Below, one piece after another: positions 1 to 8,757 of a stretch of DNA of 51,703 nt; within the stretch, counting starts at the first letter, position 1, and the number at the start of each line of letters is the position of its first letter. The stretch covers positions 1 through 51,703 of the forward strand of contig CAVCTP010000001.1 in NCBI GenBank assembly GCA_963605145.1, in the 5' to 3' direction. The notes below the pieces were generated by a model. The model saw nothing but the letters and a program-made list of their open reading frames with translations. It searched no databases and was not told the DNA's origin. This stretch comes from Tannerellaceae bacterium (lineage in GTDB: Bacteria; Bacillota_I; Bacilli_A; Erysipelotrichales; Erysipelotrichaceae). The translations under genes and the position numbers were made by a program.

Positions 1-575
1 GCCAATGTTAATGCTTTTATTTTATTTGTGTATGGTTTAATCGCCTTATATACGCCCATAATACTAGAACCAGTAGTTAAAACATCATCAACTATCAATA
101 CTTTATTAAGTTTAGGACCTTCATATTCATAATTATCAATCATCTTCTTTCTATCTAATAAAGACTTACCTTCTTGTATTAAATTCTCTTTCATTTTTAA
201 TCCATCAACTATATCTAAACCAACTTCTTCAAATATTAACTCTAAATGATTAAAACCTCTTTTCTCTAATTTATTAATACTACTAGGTACTAATAATATT
301 TGATAATTAAAGTATTTATATTTAATATAATCTTTTAATTTATATAGAAATATTGGATATAATGCTTCATCATAACATTCTTTATATTGAATGAGTAATT
401 GTTTAAATATACCATCATAGTTATAAAAACTTTCTACCTTTAAATCAGAAATATTACTATATATTTTTTCTATCTTTAATTTATTACGACATTCTAAACA
501 TAATAAATCCTCTTCAATAAATAAAGATAATAAGTTATATTTTTCAATCTTTTTATCACAAAATAAACATCTCAT
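1..575 (-). CDS. comFC: ComFC-type phosphoribosyltransferase-like competence protein (C-terminus runs off the window)
   Basis: My own translation from the ATG at 575 gives MRCLFCDKKIEKYNLLSLFIEEDLLCLECRNK... and later KVLIVDDVLTTGSSIMGVYKAIK, a PRTase PRPP-binding loop. The start overlaps the comFA stop as ATGA (572-575). This ORF is absent from the supplied track because it is open-ended. Confidence 0.8.
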   Translation of the reverse strand, partial: MRCLFCDKKIEKYNLLSLFIEEDLLCLECRNKLKIEKIYSNISDLKVESFYNYDGIFKQLLIQYKECYDEALYPIFLYKLKDYIKYKYFNYQILLVPSSINKLEKRGFNHLELIFEEVGLDIVDGLKMKENLIQEGKSLLDRKKMIDNYEYEGPKLNKVLIVDDVLTTGSSIMGVYKAIKPYTNKIKALTL

Positions 576-1705
576 AAATAGGAATTACAATGTTTTAAAT
601 ATGTTATTGCTGCTTTAATATTCTTATCAAAATGATTTGATAAGATATATGCTTCACCATATGGATTATTTATATTTCTACCAACCCTGCCTAACATTTG
701 AATTATATTGGCTTCATCAAAAGTAGAATCTCTTATAAAGAGTATTACATTTACATCTTTAATAGTGATTCCTCTTTCGAGTACGGAAGTCGCAAAGATA
801 AATTGATACTCTTTATTTCTAAAGGCATTTATATTTTCTGATCTACAATCTAAGTCAGCATATACATAGGTACAAGAATATAGATGACGAAATAGTTTAT
901 ATAATAACTTACACATCTTTTTACTAGAAACAAAGATAATACATTGTTTATTCATTTTATGCATTAAATAAAGTAATACTATGATAAGTAAGAATTCTGG
1001 TAAATAAATAAGTTTGGGTATTACTAGTGGTGCCATTGATGGTCTTACAAATAATTCAACTTTCTTATAATTTCTTCTTTTTAATATTCTTTTTAAATAA
1101 TCATCAATTGTAGCGGTAGAAAAGATTATTCTACCCTTACAACTATTTATACATATATTCATTAATGTTTCATTACCTTTTAAAGGAAAAGCATCTACTT
1201 CATCTAATATCAATAAATCAAAACTTTTGTAATATCTATATAATTGATGGGTTGTACATACTATTAAATCACCACTTAACTTATTATGATGGCCACCATA
1301 TACCGAAATAATATTGGCATTTTTAAAGATCTTTTTAAAACGTTCACTTAGTTCAATTACTACTTCTCTTCGAGCTATAGCATATGCTACCTTTAGTCCT
1401 TTTGATAAATAATAGGCTATTGATTCAACAACAATTTCAGTTTTCCCTGCCCCACAGCAACAAAAAAGTAATACATCGCTATATTCTAAGCAGTTTAAAC
1501 ATTTTTTAGATGCTTCTATTTGTTTACTTGTTAGTTTGTAGTCAAAACTATAATCATCAGCACCTTCACTAATATCATATTCATAAGGATATAAGTCTTC
1601 ATCAATTAAAACTCTAGAAAACTTGATACATTTTCGACAATAGTAGCCCTTATGTCCTAAATAGAAATATGTTTGATCTTTATTACCACATCTTAAACAT
1701 TCCAT
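572..1705 (-). CDS. comFA: ComFA-like DEAD/DEAH-box helicase (late competence protein)
   Basis: N-terminal zinc finger CLRCG...CRKC, Walker A CGAGKTE, DEAD-like LILDEVD, and helicase C motifs TSVLERGITI and QMLGRVGR. Translationally coupled to comFC. Confidence 0.85.
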   Translation of the reverse strand: MECLRCGNKDQTYFYLGHKGYYCRKCIKFSRVLIDEDLYPYEYDISEGADDYSFDYKLTSKQIEASKKCLNCLEYSDVLLFCCCGAGKTEIVVESIAYYLSKGLKVAYAIARREVVIELSERFKKIFKNANIISVYGGHHNKLSGDLIVCTTHQLYRYYKSFDLLILDEVDAFPLKGNETLMNICINSCKGRIIFSTATIDDYLKRILKRRNYKKVELFVRPSMAPLVIPKLIYLPEFLLIIVLLYLMHKMNKQCIIFVSSKKMCKLLYKLFRHLYSCTYVYADLDCRSENINAFRNKEYQFIFATSVLERGITIKDVNVILFIRDSTFDEANIIQMLGRVGRNINNPYGEAYILSNHFDKNIKAAITYLKHCNSYL

Positions 1706-1761
1706 CTAATATATATTTATTAAAGATAAGAAAAATTCCTAATTTAATATAGAATAATTGT

Positions 1762-3090
1762 ATGGAACTTCCACAAATTTATTTAAACAATATGAAAGAA
1801 CTATTAAATGATGAATATCAAGATTATTTAGATAGTTTTAATAATGATAGAGTTTATAGTTTAAGAGTTAATACTAATAAAATTAGTGTTCAAGATTTTT
1901 TAAATATTGTTCCCTTTAAATTAGAAGCAATTCCTTGGACTAGTGATGGCTTTTATTTTAATCCTAATGATAATGTCACAAAACACCCTTATTATTATGC
2001 GGGTTTATATTATATTCAAGAAGCAAGTGCTATGCTTCCAGCGGAAGTACTACCTATTGAGGAAAATGATATTGTCTTAGATGCTTGTGCAGCACCAGGT
2101 GGTAAATCTAGTAAGATTGCCAATAAATTAAATGGTAGTGGTCTACTTATTGCCAATGATATATCAGTATCACGTGCCCAAGTATTATTAAAAACTTTAG
2201 AATCCCAAGGTATTAAGAATGCTTATGTTATGGCTGAGGATATTAATAATTTAAATATGGAAAACTATTTCGATAAGATACTTCTTGATGCACCTTGTTC
2301 TGGAGAAGGAATGTTTCGAAAAGATCCGGAATTAATTAAATCTTGGCAAATTAAAAATAATGATTATTATTCTAATATTCAAAAACAAATAATAACAAAA
2401 GCCCTATCCTTATTAAAAGAAGGTGGACAATTAGTATATTCTACTTGTACCTTTTCCAAAAAAGAAAATGAAGAAGTTATTGAATATGCTTTATCAATAT
2501 GCCCTGAATTAAAAGTTTTACCAATTAAAAAATATGAGGGATTTTCTAGTGGCTTAACTGATAAAACAAAAGATTGTATTAGACTATTCCCTCATAAGAT
2601 TAAAGGCGAAGGTCATTTTGTAGCACTACTACAAAAAGGAAATAATTCTAATAAAACAAATAGAATTTATAACAATAAATGTAAATTTGAAGATAATGAT
2701 TTCTTTAAACATCTAAATTTAGATACTTCAAATTATGAACTTATAAATATAAATAATAAACTATATCTTAAACCTAGTATTGCTATCAATACATCACATT
2801 TAAGAATATTAAGATCAGGTTTATTTTTAGGTGAATATAAACATGATAAATTTGAACCAAGTGAGGCTTTAGCTCTATCTTTAAAAATTAATGAATATGA
2901 TAATATCTTAAATCTAGATATTAATGATAATCGGGTTATTAAATATTTAAAATGTGAGACATTAGATGTTAAGGATTTTAATGTTGAAGGATTAGTGCTA
3001 GTTTGTGTTAATAATTATCCTTTAGGATTTGGTAAGGTCAATAGTGGTATTTTAAAGAATAAATATCCTGCCAATTATAGATATAAATAA
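1762..3090 (+). CDS. NOL1/NOP2/Sun-family rRNA cytosine-C5 methyltransferase (RsmF/RsmB-like) with a C-terminal PUA-like extension
   Basis: SAM-binding DACAAPGGKS. Catalytic cysteines in DAPCSGEGMFRKDP and YSTCTF. Confidence 0.85.
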   Translation: MELPQIYLNNMKELLNDEYQDYLDSFNNDRVYSLRVNTNKISVQDFLNIVPFKLEAIPWTSDGFYFNPNDNVTKHPYYYAGLYYIQEASAMLPAEVLPIEENDIVLDACAAPGGKSSKIANKLNGSGLLIANDISVSRAQVLLKTLESQGIKNAYVMAEDINNLNMENYFDKILLDAPCSGEGMFRKDPELIKSWQIKNNDYYSNIQKQIITKALSLLKEGGQLVYSTCTFSKKENEEVIEYALSICPELKVLPIKKYEGFSSGLTDKTKDCIRLFPHKIKGEGHFVALLQKGNNSNKTNRIYNNKCKFEDNDFFKHLNLDTSNYELININNKLYLKPSIAINTSHLRILRSGLFLGEYKHDKFEPSEALALSLKINEYDNILNLDINDNRVIKYLKCETLDVKDFNVEGLVLVCVNNYPLGFGKVNSGILKNKYPANYRYK

Positions 3091-3107
3091 AAAGAGGATT
3101 GCTCCTC
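3087..3107 (-). terminator. Small intrinsic terminator after the Fic-like gene
   Basis: On the minus strand: GAGGA-gcaa-TCCTC followed by TTTTTAT, immediately after the TAG stop at 3108-3110. The stem is only 5 bp. Confidence 0.45.
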
Positions 3108-3671
3108 CTAGTGATATTCGCTCTTAATTCCTTTAATGCAGTAATTATAGATCCATGTTTTTAAATCTAAATTACCATTTTCTTTATAATCTTTTAATTT
3201 TTCTCTAAAGATATCTTTTCTACGTGGCTCAACAGTAATAAAACCATTTCCGGCATTTATTAATATCTTATTGGCAAACATCAATGCTGCACGTACATCA
3301 CCATCTTTAAATAATCTTTTATCTAAGATAAATATCATTACATCGATTGCTATCTCAACATTAGCCTTTGCGGGTTGATCTAATAATTTATCTAATTCTT
3401 TAATTTGTTGCTCAGATAGTTCATCTTTAATATCACTATTTAAATCTTTCATCAAAATATGATGAATCTTTAATAGACATTTATAATCTGATTCTTCATC
3501 AGTATTTAAAATATAGTCATAACATTCTAAAAAATTTCTTTTAGCGATTTGCTTTTCAGGATCATTATCCTCATAACGGGAAAGAGATAGATTATTTTCA
3601 ACATATTCATCTAAATTATCTTTTACAAATTTGATGTTACTTGCACGACTCATTAAATATTTGTTAATCAT
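3108..3671 (-). CDS. Fic/DOC-fold-like protein with a degenerate active-site motif; function unknown
   Basis: A helix LLKIHHILMKDL is followed by RLFKDGDVRAALMFANKILINAGNGFITV. This aligns by eye to the Fic signature HPFxDGNGRxxRlLxNxxLxxxGyp, but with H>R, P>L, N>D and G>V. It has its own promoter and Shine-Dalgarno (SD) sequence (AAAGGGG). Confidence 0.5.
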   Translation of the reverse strand: MINKYLMSRASNIKFVKDNLDEYVENNLSLSRYEDNDPEKQIAKRNFLECYDYILNTDEESDYKCLLKIHHILMKDLNSDIKDELSEQQIKELDKLLDQPAKANVEIAIDVMIFILDKRLFKDGDVRAALMFANKILINAGNGFITVEPRRKDIFREKLKDYKENGNLDLKTWIYNYCIKGIKSEYH

Positions 3672-3696
3672 AATAAATGCCCCTTTTTATATTGAT

Positions 3697-3724
3697 ATTC
3701 TACTATGAACATAATTATAAGCAA
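3697..3724 (-). promoter_or_regulatory. Sigma-A-type promoter for the Fic-like gene
   Basis: Minus strand: TTGCTT, 16 nt spacer, TAGAAT, located about 25 nt upstream of the ATG at 3671. Confidence 0.55.
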
Positions 3725-3747
3725 ATATAAAATAATAGATTTGGCAT

Positions 3748-3774
3748 AAAAAAAGCACTCCCAGATGGGAATGC
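3748..3774 (-). terminator. Intrinsic terminator of the rplM-rpsI operon
   Basis: Minus strand: GCATTCCC-atct-GGGAGTGC followed by TTTTTTT. Confidence 0.8.
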
Positions 3775-3790
3775 AATTTTGCATACAAGA

Positions 3791-4195
3791 TTAACGTTTT
3801 GAGTATTGAGGTCTTCTTCTTGCACCACGTAGACCGTATTTCTTTCTTTCTTTAGCACGTGAATCACGAGTTAAGAATCCAGCTTTCTTTAATACAGGTC
3901 TGAAGTCTTCGCCAACTTCTAGTAATGCTCTAGCGATACCATGTCTCATGGCACCAGCTTGACCAGTTAAACCACCACCGTAAACATTGATAAGGATGTC
4001 ATATTGACCATCTGTACCAGTTTCAACTAGTGGAGATTTTACAACCATTCTTAGTATTTCTTGTGGTAAGTAATCTTCGAGAGTTTTGCCATTAACAGTA
4101 ATAATACCAGTACCAGGTGTCATGAATACACGTGCTACTGATGACTTACGTCTACCTGTTCCGATATAATTTACATTTGATTTCTTTTTTGCCAT
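3791..4195 (-). CDS. rpsI: 30S ribosomal protein S9
   Basis: Sequence [12 protein letters not shown] ... [19 protein letters not shown] ... [17 protein letters not shown] lies upstream of the ATG. Confidence 0.97.
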   Translation of the reverse strand: MAKKKSNVNYIGTGRRKSSVARVFMTPGTGIITVNGKTLEDYLPQEILRMVVKSPLVETGTDGQYDILINVYGGGLTGQAGAMRHGIARALLEVGEDFRPVLKKAGFLTRDSRAKERKKYGLRGARRRPQYSKR

Positions 4196-4205
4196 ATCCT
4201 ACTCC

Positions 4206-4634
4206 TTATTTAAGCACAGTTGGCTTTTGAGCAGCATGTGGGTGCTCGCTACCTTCATAAACGAATAAATGAGTTCTCATTGTATCGCCTAGTGTGTTGT
4301 GTGGAAGCATACCTTTAACAGCTTTTTCCACTAATAGTACAGGGTTTTCTCTCTTTAACTCACCGATAGATACTGACTTTAATCCACCTGGATATAAAGT
4401 GTGATGGTAATAAGTCTTCTTGTTTTCTTGATCGCCTGAATAAACGATCTTAGCAGCGTTGATAATGATAACATTGTCACCACAATCAACATTAGGTGTA
4501 AATGATGGTTTGTGTTTTCCTCTAAGAATAGAAGCAGCCTTAGTTGCAAGTCTACCTAAAGTTTGACCTTCAGCATCAATTACATACCAGTCTTTTTTAA
4601 CTTCAGCTGGTTTTGTCATTGTTGTTTGACGCAT
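4206..4634 (-). CDS. rplM: 50S ribosomal protein L13
   Basis: MRQTTMTKPAEVKKDWYVIDAEGQTLGRLA. SD AAAGGAG lies 7 nt upstream of the ATG at 4634. The track start at 4679 falls inside the leader hairpin, so I rejected it. Confidence 0.95.
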   Translation of the reverse strand: MRQTTMTKPAEVKKDWYVIDAEGQTLGRLATKAASILRGKHKPSFTPNVDCGDNVIIINAAKIVYSGDQENKKTYYHHTLYPGGLKSVSIGELKRENPVLLVEKAVKGMLPHNTLGDTMRTHLFVYEGSEHPHAAQKPTVLK

Positions 4635-4685
4635 AATTTTTCTCCTTTTACCTTTGTAGTTTCCGGGGCTACAAATCATAAGGCT
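4635..4685 (-). promoter_or_regulatory. rplM 5' leader with a stem-loop (candidate L13 ribosomal-protein autoregulatory leader)
   Basis: Minus strand: TTTGTAG-ccccggaaa-CTACAAA hairpin (4653-4675) between the predicted transcription start and the SD. L13 leaders are known upstream of rplM in Bacillota, but I did not check covariation. Confidence 0.4.
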
Positions 4686-4690
4686 CTATA

Positions 4691-4719
4691 ATAATACCCC
4701 ATAATTAAGGCTATTTCAA
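4691..4719 (-). promoter_or_regulatory. Strong sigma-A promoter of rplM-rpsI
   Basis: Minus strand: TTGAAA (4719-4714), exactly 17 nt spacer, TATTAT (4696-4691). Confidence 0.65.
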
Positions 4720-4727
4720 TAAATTTT

Positions 4728-4756
4728 TTTACAATATTCCTTAAAAGGAATATACT
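4728..4756 (+). promoter_or_regulatory. Promoter of the XRE gene with an embedded palindromic operator
   Basis: TTTACA (4728-4733), 17 nt spacer, TATACT (4751-4756). The spacer contains the inverted repeat ATATTCCTT-aa-AAGGAATAT (4734-4753). The ATG at 4763 lies only 6 nt after the -10 box. Confidence 0.55.
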
Positions 4757-4762
4757 ATTTTT

Positions 4763-5017
4763 ATGGATAAAAAAATTATTGATAACAGTGAACAAATTAA
4801 GAAATCAAGAATAAATGAGCCTATATTTCAAGCGATATTGCAACTTTATGAAACAAGAATTGATTTAGGTATAAGTCAAAAAGAATTAGCTAAATTATCA
4901 GGTGTTAGACAATCTAATATCTCTCGTATTGAAACAGGTACATGTTCTCCAGACTTAGAGACAATCTCAAAACTTGCTTATGCGATGAATAAAAAATTAG
5001 AAATAAAGATTAAGTAG
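4763..5017 (+). CDS. XRE-family helix-turn-helix transcriptional regulator (84 aa)
   Basis: HTH_3-like sequence LGISQKELAKLSGVRQSNISRIETGTCSPDLETISKLAYAM. No SD is present, so the mRNA is probably leaderless. Confidence 0.8.
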   Translation: MDKKIIDNSEQIKKSRINEPIFQAILQLYETRIDLGISQKELAKLSGVRQSNISRIETGTCSPDLETISKLAYAMNKKLEIKIK

Positions 5018-6208
5018 TTATTTAAATTTAATATTTATATTACAAATTTCTGCTTTAGAATCTACACGCATATTAGGACCAAATAAACCTACACCACTAG
5101 TAACAATATTAGTCATATTGCCATATTTTTTTAGACCATAAGCATTATCCCAGAATAGATTGATTGTTAAAGTGCCAGGCCAAACCTGTCCAGCATGGGT
5201 ATGGCCGCATAAGTCTAAATCTACCCCTGCTTCAGATAATTCTTGCAAGTCTTTTGGTTGATGATCTATCACAATAATTGGTAAAGACTTATCTAAATCT
5301 TTTGTTAGATCACTTGCTGTAACCCTTTGAGTATTACCAAAGTTAATCTTTTGCGCATCAGGTCTACCATAGATATAAACACTATTATTAATTAAAGCAT
5401 AGTCATCATATAAAAGCTTGAAACCAGCTTTTTCAACAAATTCATTCATTCTTTCATCTGCTTGAACATTAGCCTTATCTTCTTTAGTTATATGAAAGGT
5501 AAAACCGAGCAGAATCTTTTCCTCGATATCGTGATTGCCATATACGGCATATTTACCATATTTAGCCTTCATAGTACTTAATACTTCGATTATCTTTTCT
5601 GGCTCTTCAATTGCTTCATATTCATTATCAAATATGTCACCCGCAACAACTATAATATCGGGATTTAAAGAATTAACCTTATCAACCATATCCTGCATTT
5701 GTTTTAAACCATCATTATAACCAATATGCAAGTCGGCAATTAGTACCACATTTAATTCATCAAAGTCACATTCTTTATCTATTGTTACATCATAATTAGT
5801 TATATGTAGTTCATGAGCATTTTTAATACCATAGATAGAAATAATTGTTGTGAATACAACAACAAAAGCAATAGTTATATGTCTTGCTAGATGCTTGTTA
5901 TATTTTTGCTTATTAGAAAATAGCCAAATGATATAACGAACTATTAAAGCAATAATTAAACTGACAAAGAAATATAATAAAAAACCTAGCCAATAAAAAG
6001 ATGCTTTAGTCAATAATCCTTTAAAGTCACTAATTGGTAAAAAGAAGGCAACAATAACAATGATTACCCCACCAAATAAATATAAAGCAAAGACAACTAA
6101 TAAAAATATATTAAGAAAATGTGCAGGTTTACTAAGATGTTTAACAGTTCTTAAATATATAAAAATAAATAAGGCTAATGCAAATGGTGCAATTATAAAA
6201 GCTATCAT
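5018..6208 (-). CDS. Membrane-anchored calcineurin-like metallophosphoesterase
   Basis: About 5 N-terminal transmembrane (TM) helices, then DLHIGY, AGDIFDN, GNHD and GHTHAGQ. ATGA overlap with the upstream gene. Confidence 0.85.
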   Translation of the reverse strand: MIAFIIAPFALALFIFIYLRTVKHLSKPAHFLNIFLLVVFALYLFGGVIIVIVAFFLPISDFKGLLTKASFYWLGFLLYFFVSLIIALIVRYIIWLFSNKQKYNKHLARHITIAFVVVFTTIISIYGIKNAHELHITNYDVTIDKECDFDELNVVLIADLHIGYNDGLKQMQDMVDKVNSLNPDIIVVAGDIFDNEYEAIEEPEKIIEVLSTMKAKYGKYAVYGNHDIEEKILLGFTFHITKEDKANVQADERMNEFVEKAGFKLLYDDYALINNSVYIYGRPDAQKINFGNTQRVTASDLTKDLDKSLPIIVIDHQPKDLQELSEAGVDLDLCGHTHAGQVWPGTLTINLFWDNAYGLKKYGNMTNIVTSGVGLFGPNMRVDSKAEICNINIKFK

Positions 6209-8028
6209 AATTTATCGAATCTTGTAACCTCCGCAGTATCGTAATCAGTTATACCCTTACCCTTATTAGGATAGAAATGAGAGTATACACTATCAACTAA
6301 AAAGATACTCAACAATATTGAACAGACAACAATTAAATGTTTTCTATTTATCTTTCTTAATATGTCATCAATAATAGGACCTAAAACATATACCACTGCC
6401 ATGCCACCAAGCATAAATACCAATAAACCTTCTGCACAGATACGGCCATTTATATTTAAGAAATATCCCGAATAATCCCACCATTTTGTACCTTTTGTTA
6501 CTTCTAGATACCAATGGGTAAAATATTCAATAACACCACATAAAGAAATAGTTAATATTGATTGCAAAGCAGGCTTTTTTCTAAAACGATATAAAAGGAT
6601 AAGAATAAAGACACAACCATAGCCATATATTGGTAACCATGGTCCATGCATTGTACCTCTATTAACAAACATACCATCCTTAAGTAAATGAATAGATACT
6701 TCCCATAACCAGCCTGCAAAAGAGAAAATAAAAAACATTGCGATAATTGACCATATTGAATAATGTCTTAAATAATGAACTTGTTCTAGACGAGGATCTC
6801 TTTGATTAATAGGAATTGGTGATAATCTTCCAGGATATTGTTTACCCTTTAAGATTTGCTTATATTCACTAATCTTTTCTTCTTGTTCGATGGCAACATT
6901 GAAATCATCTTCTTCTTTATCATATTTATAAATTATGCCAAAGTTATTTTCAATGAATCCTCTAAAACCACCATGAATATAATCATCAATGATAATATCA
7001 TCATTCATAATTTCAATAACATCACTATAAGTTGCGCAAAGTACATCTTTAGATGCTACTTCATATAAATATTCATCATTCAATTTACCAGCATAAGATA
7101 TACCTTTATCTTTAGCTAACTTTCTTAAATAAATATAATATGCCGTATAAACACATTCTTCATAAGGATTAGAGAATAAAATTCTTGATAAGCCAAAAGT
7201 AAACATACCTAAAATTCGCCAACCAATAAATGATAATTCAAGTTTAAACATCTCCCATTTATGGCCATACATCATTCTTCTAGATAACTCTATAGCATCT
7301 CTAGCTTCGATATCCGGATTTTCCGCAACAATATAAGCAACCATAGCATAAGAATAATTCTTAATTAAACCACCAATAATACTTAAATCCCAGAAAAATT
7401 GATAGATAGATGTTAAAAATATCGTAAAGAAAGCCTTCATAAATTTCTTAACTCTAAATAAGAATAAGAAACGTGATACCTTAACATAATCATAGGTATG
7501 ACCCTCTAAAAATATTCTTTTAAAGGCTACTTTATAAGTATTTTTTATAAATATAGAAAAACCATAAGTAACCATTGAAACAATTACAATCATGATACTA
7601 GTAGTTAATCTTTCTGATTTAGTAAGTGATAATATTGTTTGGAATAAGATAACTAAGAATTTACCAGAATTTAAATTATTAACAAAAGAAGAAAGAACAC
7701 CCTTAGTTCTACCAAATTCTAATCTACCAATCTTAAAAGTTGAATTCTCTGCTTCAATTAATAAGGTATTAGAATCATCTTCACCTTCTTTAACCTTACC
7801 AGTTAATAATTCATCTAAAACTGTTTCGGCAGAAATAGTTTTATTATCATAATTAGAAACAGTGCCATTTTTATTAAAGATATTCAATGAACTCATTTGA
7901 GTATAATTCATTGTTGAACCATGAGCTACACCAATATATGCCGCTAATAAACATGCCAAAACAAATACTACATAATCACTTTTGACATTTCTTTTTGCCT
8001 CTATTTTTGCTTTCTTTCTATCAAACAT
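6205..8028 (-). CDS. Polytopic membrane protein: DUF975-like N-terminal part fused to a putative ABC-transporter type IV (CmpB-like) C-terminal module
   Basis: DUF975-like FIGWRILGMFTFGLSRILFSNPYEECVYTAYY. CmpB-like FSFAGWLWEVSIHLLKDGMFVNRGTMHGPWLPIYGYG. SD AGGGGGG. Confidence 0.65.
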   Translation of the reverse strand: MFDRKKAKIEAKRNVKSDYVVFVLACLLAAYIGVAHGSTMNYTQMSSLNIFNKNGTVSNYDNKTISAETVLDELLTGKVKEGEDDSNTLLIEAENSTFKIGRLEFGRTKGVLSSFVNNLNSGKFLVILFQTILSLTKSERLTTSIMIVIVSMVTYGFSIFIKNTYKVAFKRIFLEGHTYDYVKVSRFLFLFRVKKFMKAFFTIFLTSIYQFFWDLSIIGGLIKNYSYAMVAYIVAENPDIEARDAIELSRRMMYGHKWEMFKLELSFIGWRILGMFTFGLSRILFSNPYEECVYTAYYIYLRKLAKDKGISYAGKLNDEYLYEVASKDVLCATYSDVIEIMNDDIIIDDYIHGGFRGFIENNFGIIYKYDKEEDDFNVAIEQEEKISEYKQILKGKQYPGRLSPIPINQRDPRLEQVHYLRHYSIWSIIAMFFIFSFAGWLWEVSIHLLKDGMFVNRGTMHGPWLPIYGYGCVFILILLYRFRKKPALQSILTISLCGVIEYFTHWYLEVTKGTKWWDYSGYFLNINGRICAEGLLVFMLGGMAVVYVLGPIIDDILRKINRKHLIVVCSILLSIFLVDSVYSHFYPNKGKGITDYDTAEVTRFDKL

Positions 8029-8039
8029 AGTTACCCCCC

Positions 8040-8717
8040 TTATATTTTTGGAATAATTATTCTAGCTTTCTTATTCTTTTTAATAAATAGTTTTATAAAA
8101 GGAATCAATAAAATAATAATTATTATTGTCCTAACAATTAACTTAAATAGATTTCTATAAAATGTATAATCTGGATAAATATGAGGCATTATTATATCTA
8201 ATATAAATAAAATAAAATTGCCAATTACAACAGTTAATATAGTTTTCTTATTCAATATCTTTTTTAAACTTAAATTAGGAAATAATATTTTTACACATAT
8301 AACAATTATTAATAAACTAATTAAAGTTGAAACAATAAAATCAATAATTAAACCTAGTATTGGTGATAATAATTTTAATAATTTATTAAGCATAAAAGAT
8401 ATAAAGGTACCTAAAAACCACATAGGAACAATAAAGATAATTCTAATAAATTTAGGTAACTTATATATTAAATTAAGAATTATATTCTTAAAATCGTTAC
8501 TATCTTCTTGATCATAATCATCAAAGATATCATCATCTTCATTAATAGAAGCATATTCAATATTATTATTTTGTTTAATATTCATATTGTTGATAATTTC
8601 ATTAGGATTATCAATAGTAGAACTTAATAAAACACTAGAAGAAATAGAAACTAATGTTGTAGTAGTTAATAGTTTTCTCTTTAATTCTTTTTTCACAAAA
8701 ATAATGATATCACTCAA
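8040..8717 (-). CDS. Hypothetical membrane protein (acidic linker plus about 4 TM helices)
   Basis: The ORF has a TTG start and no SD, so the start is uncertain. Hydrophobic C-terminal half. I recognise no family. Confidence 0.45.
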   Translation of the reverse strand: MSDIIIFVKKELKRKLLTTTTLVSISSSVLLSSTIDNPNEIINNMNIKQNNNIEYASINEDDDIFDDYDQEDSNDFKNIILNLIYKLPKFIRIIFIVPMWFLGTFISFMLNKLLKLLSPILGLIIDFIVSTLISLLIIVICVKILFPNLSLKKILNKKTILTVVIGNFILFILDIIMPHIYPDYTFYRNLFKLIVRTIIIIILLIPFIKLFIKKNKKARIIIPKI

Positions 8718-8726
8718 TCAGCAACT

Positions 8727-8753
8727 AAAAAAGCGAGTAATTACTCGCTTTTT
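8727..8753 (-). terminator. Bidirectional-looking intrinsic terminator after the CBS gene
   Basis: AAAAA-AGCGAGTAA/TTACTCGCT-TTTT, a perfect palindrome. Confidence 0.8.
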
Positions 8754-8757
8754 GCAT

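Noticed and set aside
1706-1764. A possible leaderless start for the rRNA methyltransferase gene: TAGAAT at 1750-1755, 6 nt before the ATG at 1762, with no SD.
   Set aside because: There is no convincing -35 box or extended -10 element. In DNA this AT-rich a TAGAAT hexamer is expected by chance, so it is too weak to report as a feature.
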